A stretch of DNA of 52,276 nt from Stylophora pistillata (lineage: Eukaryota), in NCBI RefSeq assembly GCF_002571385.2, contig NW_019217897.1, positions 291,987-344,262 on the forward strand, in the 5' to 3' direction. The notes beneath the pieces were generated by a model. That model had not been told where the DNA came from. It was given only the letters and a program-made list of their open reading frames with translations, and did not search any database. Below, piece after piece: positions 47,980 to 52,276 of this stretch. The first letter of the stretch is position 1. Every line of letters starts with the position of its first letter. Position numbers and translations under genes: made by a program.

Positions 47980-49990
47980 GGCCGCAGTAAAAATCAACTA
48001 TCAATCAAGACCCACAGGCTGATCTGAAAGAAAACTAGATTTGCAAGAATGCTCTTCCGCTCTCTGTTTTTGTAACATCACGCAAGATAGAAGCCGTCAT
48101 GCATAAAGCGCGAACAAATGCTCGACCTTTTAGCTCACGCAATTCCTCTTCACTTTGATAATGTTAGTGAAAAACTGTACATGATAGAATGGTTCCATTC
48201 AAAACATATTTAGTTAAAAGCCAATTTAAAAGACTGAAATCTGAAGTTTTGTTCCCATTGTATTATAGCTTATTATGACATAACTTAGACACAACGAGCG
48301 CTCTGACTGGTCAAAGGTCTATTGTTTATTTGCCTGTATACCCATAGAAAACTGAAACATCTTACCGTCCTGTCAACTGGCGCCGCGAGGGGCGAATTCC
48401 CAGCCTTTGGTTTGAAGGATGTGACGAGGACTCTTAGATCGCCAAAAACAACGACAAATAATTCATTATATATTTTATTTGATATTTTAATTAAAATGCA
48501 GTTTAACTAATTGGCTGCTCTCGCGTTTTAAGTCTTTATTTTTTGTAGCGCAGTTTAAGTAAGAGAACTTCAGAACTTTTTGGCTAGAATTTCCGAAAGT
48601 GCTCGCCGGGAAGGACAAGTTGGCATGCTTCTTATTAAAGAAAATTGTAGCGACAAACTAACTAGATTTTCATTTAGATATTTATTTGATGAAAACAAAA
48701 ATCTCTTGCAAAGTGAATGAGCGCTCAAGATTAATGGCATTTCCGTTTGCTGTCCGAGATTTCACCTTTCGTTTGATAGTTTTTAACAAGTTTAAGCGTT
48801 TTAAACTCTCTCTGTAAATTTTAACGAGTACTCCAAGAAAACTTAAGTTCAAGCTGAGGCAGTAGAAACAAATCTGGTTGAAAGAAAATAATGTACCAAG
48901 AGTAAACAAAATAAATGGTCGGTGTTTGAATATTAGTGCACACGGCTCCATGTTGTTGTCTTCCGATTGTAGTGTCCAGGCCTCCAAGTCCATGCCCAAG
49001 GCCCCAAGAGATTTAGACTCGAGTACTTATTATGCACTGTGAATGAGAGCAGGGTGATGAGAAAATTTAGGATAACGAACAAACAAGGTGAACTGTAAGC
49101 GAACTGTGTAAGCGAATTCCTGAACGTTACACCGATTTTGCCGCTTTTGTCGTGGTGCGGTCCAATAATGTCATTTAAGAATCTAAAGTTAAGTTATCAT
49201 GATCGAAATAAATTTTATCAGTTAAAATTCTACAACCGATCTTTATTTTGCTGAAATACCTCCGGAAAAACTCAAAACTGCTACCCATGCTGCAAACTTA
49301 AAAAAAAATTTCCGTACAGATTATCAGATCGTAATCGCAGCGATAGGCCATTTCTGGCCGAAAAAAACGTTTTCTCCCTCCAAATTGAAGTGTTCTTCGG
49401 AAGCACTTTATAGCTTGAGCCTTTTCTTGAATATCGCCATTTCTCGTTAGTTTTCATTACAATTTCTGCTCAGTTTCTCCGTGGCATAGCTTTCATTCAG
49501 CGATAAATTACCATTCTTCTCTCTTCTGGCTGACAGTTTATTCAGTTTCCGGCGCTTTGATTGGTTTATCGCAATTTTTAATGGTTTTAATGATAATCAG
49601 CGACTTGATCACAAAATAATATTAAGTCAATCATTCTCTCTGAAAAACCTCACTCGTATTTTAGGTCGTTGAAGAAATAAACCACACTTTGGGATGTTGG
49701 GAGAACACTCCAAAAGTTTATAAACCACTCGGCTGCGCCTTGTGGTTTACAAACTTTTCTCGTGTTTTGCTCCTGTATTTACGCTATAACACTGTTCTTA
49801 GCACAAACCCTTATCGCCAAAGGACAACCTGTTTTTAAAGGAAATGAACAAGATCTTCCCTTGACTCGGCTATGTTTGCAAGTAATGGCGGAAACGATGT
49901 CTACGAACCCTTTACTTAAAAAGGAACTATAACTATCAGGTGTGAAGATCTACACATTAATGTAAACGGTCTCAGTGAACAAGATACCGG

Positions 49991-50882
49991 ATGAGATGCA
50001 ATGAATATATGAAGTTCATATATTTTGAACTGCGGTATTAGATACGTATGATGTGCGATCCTCGCAGTAGATAGCGTTATTTATGCAATAGCGAAAATCA
50101 GACCTGAAAAAAATCAGGCCTGTACGGGACTCGAACCACTGACCTCTGCGATACTAGTGCAGCGCTCTACCAATTGAGCTAACAAGCCAACTGGGAGCAG
50201 GCCGTTAAGTTGATTCGTAATAAACCCGTGAAAGTGATAAATGAGATGCAATGAATATATGAAGTTCATATATTTTGAACTGCGGTATTAGATACGTATG
50301 ATGTGCGATCCTCGCAGTAGATAGCGCTATTTATGCAATAGCGAAAATCAGACCTGAAAAAAATCAGGCCTGTACGGGACTCGAACCACTGACCTCTGCG
50401 ATACTAGTGCAGCGCTCTACCAATTGAGCTAACAAGCCAACTGGGAGCAGGCCGTTAAGTTGATTCGTAATAAACCCGTGAAAGTGATAAATGAGATGCA
50501 ATGAATATATGAAGTTCATATATTTTGAACTGCGGTATTAGATACGTATGATGTGCGATCCTCGCAGTAGATAGCGCTATTTATGCAATAGCGAAAATCA
50601 GACCTGAAAAAAATCAGGCCTGTACGGGACTCGAACCACTGACCTCTGCGATACTAGTGCAGCGCTCTACCAATTGAGCTAACAAGCCAACTGGGAGCAG
50701 GCCGTTAAGTTGATTCGTAATAAACCCGTGAAAGTGATAAATGAGATGCAATGAATATATGAAGTTCATATATTTTGAACTGCGGTATTAGATACGTATG
50801 ATGTGCGATCCTCGCAGTAGATAGCGCTATTTATGCAATAGCGAAGATCAGACCTGAAAAAAATCAGACCTGTACGGGACTC
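49991..50882 (-). repeat. Tandem array of a 250-bp tRNA-like/SINE unit (at least 3.5 copies, continues into a gap)
   Basis: Unit starts at 49991, 50241, 50491 and 50741; copies are nearly identical. Each full unit has a tRNA-like segment (e.g. 50188-50116) followed by a T7 run. Confidence 0.95.
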
Positions 50883-50991
50883 NNNNNNNNNNNNNNNNNN
50901 NNNNNNNNNNNNNNNNNNNNNNNNNNNNNNNNNNNNNNNNNNNNNNNNNNNNNNNNNNNNNNNNNNNNNNNNNNNNNNNNNNNNNNNNNNN

Positions 50992-51805
50992 TTGAGCAAG
51001 TGATTTGAACAGGGAGTTCGTTTGGATTGGTGCTGAGGCTCATATTATCTTCAAAAAGAATCAATTGTGCGAAAGTTGCAGATAAAAGAATTTCCACTGC
51101 CAATAAACCTACGGTGTTATAAATGAATGCCAGAAGCCATGTAAGGGTTTCTTCGTTATACAACTCCCTTCCTTGAATCCATAGAATACAAATGTAATAT
51201 ATGGAAACCAAACTAGAAAAAAGTGTGATCGCCTTCCATATGTTTTTCACAGTTGACTCTTCACGTTTGAAATCGAGTTTCGGCTGCATTTCTTTTAGAT
51301 CATCCATCGCTTTATCGACATCGCATAAAAACAGTATCCACGCTAAAATCAATACGCAAACAGTCAACAGTGTACAAGCAATGAATTTAAACCAGTAAAA
51401 TATTGCACAGGTAACAACTCCAGCAATCAACGCTGCTGCAATCGCTTCAACGGAAGATAGCGCCCGTTTAAGGCCAAGTATGGGATGGTCCGTTACTGCT
51501 ATTACCCCCAACATGTTGTAAAACAAGAAAGGCCATAACAGATGAATTAGCTCACCACCGGTTCTGTTCCACTTATTTTCTTGATCATCAAAGTAGCTGA
51601 ACATTTGCCCTGTTCTGTTGGTGTTCCAAACAAGGACAATCAGTTGTAGAACGCACTGAAAGATCATGATTGGTCTGCATTTCTTTAGAAAAATGTTCCT
51701 CCGTTTGTCTTTGAAGCAGCTCAGTAACAATCTTAAGTTAGAAAAAATTAAAATGAGATGAATAGCGTCTGTAACCAAATATAAGCACTTGATGAATAGA
51801 ATCAT
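50992..51805 (-). CDS. Third 7TM family paralog, intronless; C-terminus lost in the gap
   Basis: Likely start caaccATG at 51805. Shares N.RLL.SCFKDK, L.K.RP.MI.Q..LQLI, YN.L and I.GL..A.S with 44501-45325. Open for at least 270 codons up to the Ns. Confidence 0.78.
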
Positions 51806-52276
51806 GGTTGATATGCAGATTGCTAATCGTAAAGCGACTATCAGATTTGTATTGATAAGGTTATCTCTTCCCTCCTTGAACAAAGTGGATTGGGACAAGC
51901 TTGTAGAAGTGAGTAGCGAGAGAACTTAACATTAAACAAAAGTTTGAACGGGCTACTCAAATTACCGACTGGCAGACAATATAGATAAGAATCAAAAGAA
52001 TATTCTGGAATTTTAATTTGGTGACCACTTGGTTTTGATTGACAGTCATGCGAACAAATCATTCTTTACCAGAATACTCTTAAAGATGCTCCTAATACTT
52101 TCATTTTAGGGAAGGAATAAAAAGAGGGAGTTCTATAACCAATAAGTGAGGTAAATAGCAAATTTTTCTGATGAAAGCGCTGGTCTGCTTGCCAAAATTA
52201 ATAAAACATGAAGTTCAAGGAATAGGAAAATTTATGGAGATCCAAGTCAAGGTCGACAAGAGCGACGCCATGCTCC

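Noticed and set aside
49991-50882. CRISPR array or bona fide tRNA-Thr gene cluster
   Set aside because: Units are identical 250-mers with no unique spacers, in a eukaryotic context. The T-stem is mismatched and the same sequence occurs as dispersed decayed repeats, so it is not called a functional tRNA.
51806-51898. 31-aa N-terminal extension of the third 7TM ORF
   Set aside because: Non-ATG start; the paralogs begin at the position matching the ATG at 51805.

Overview
AT-rich eukaryotic genomic DNA with spliceosomal introns. The repeat families suggest a cnidarian, probably a stony coral (inference). There are three assembly gaps (1853, 42482-42630, 50883-50991). Two conserved spliced genes lie on the minus strand: TTC36 (2 exons, 181 aa) and an AURKAIP1/mS38-like mitoribosomal protein (2 exons, 196 aa). 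The left ~31 kb is a mosaic of local segmental duplications. These carry a Ty3/Gypsy element, an internally deleted RTE LINE, MITEs, SINEs and two copies of an unannotated gene. That gene has deaminase-type Zn motifs in reversed order (PCxxC then CAE); one copy has a single in-frame TAG between the motifs and the other has lost the CAE motif. The right end holds a tandem cluster of three intronless, very divergent 7TM class-A-GPCR-like genes: one intact, one pseudogene and one running into a gap. It also holds Penelope-type hammerhead ribozyme motifs and a 250-bp tandem array of a tRNA-like Pol III unit. All calls come from reading the sequence by eye; no database searches were run.
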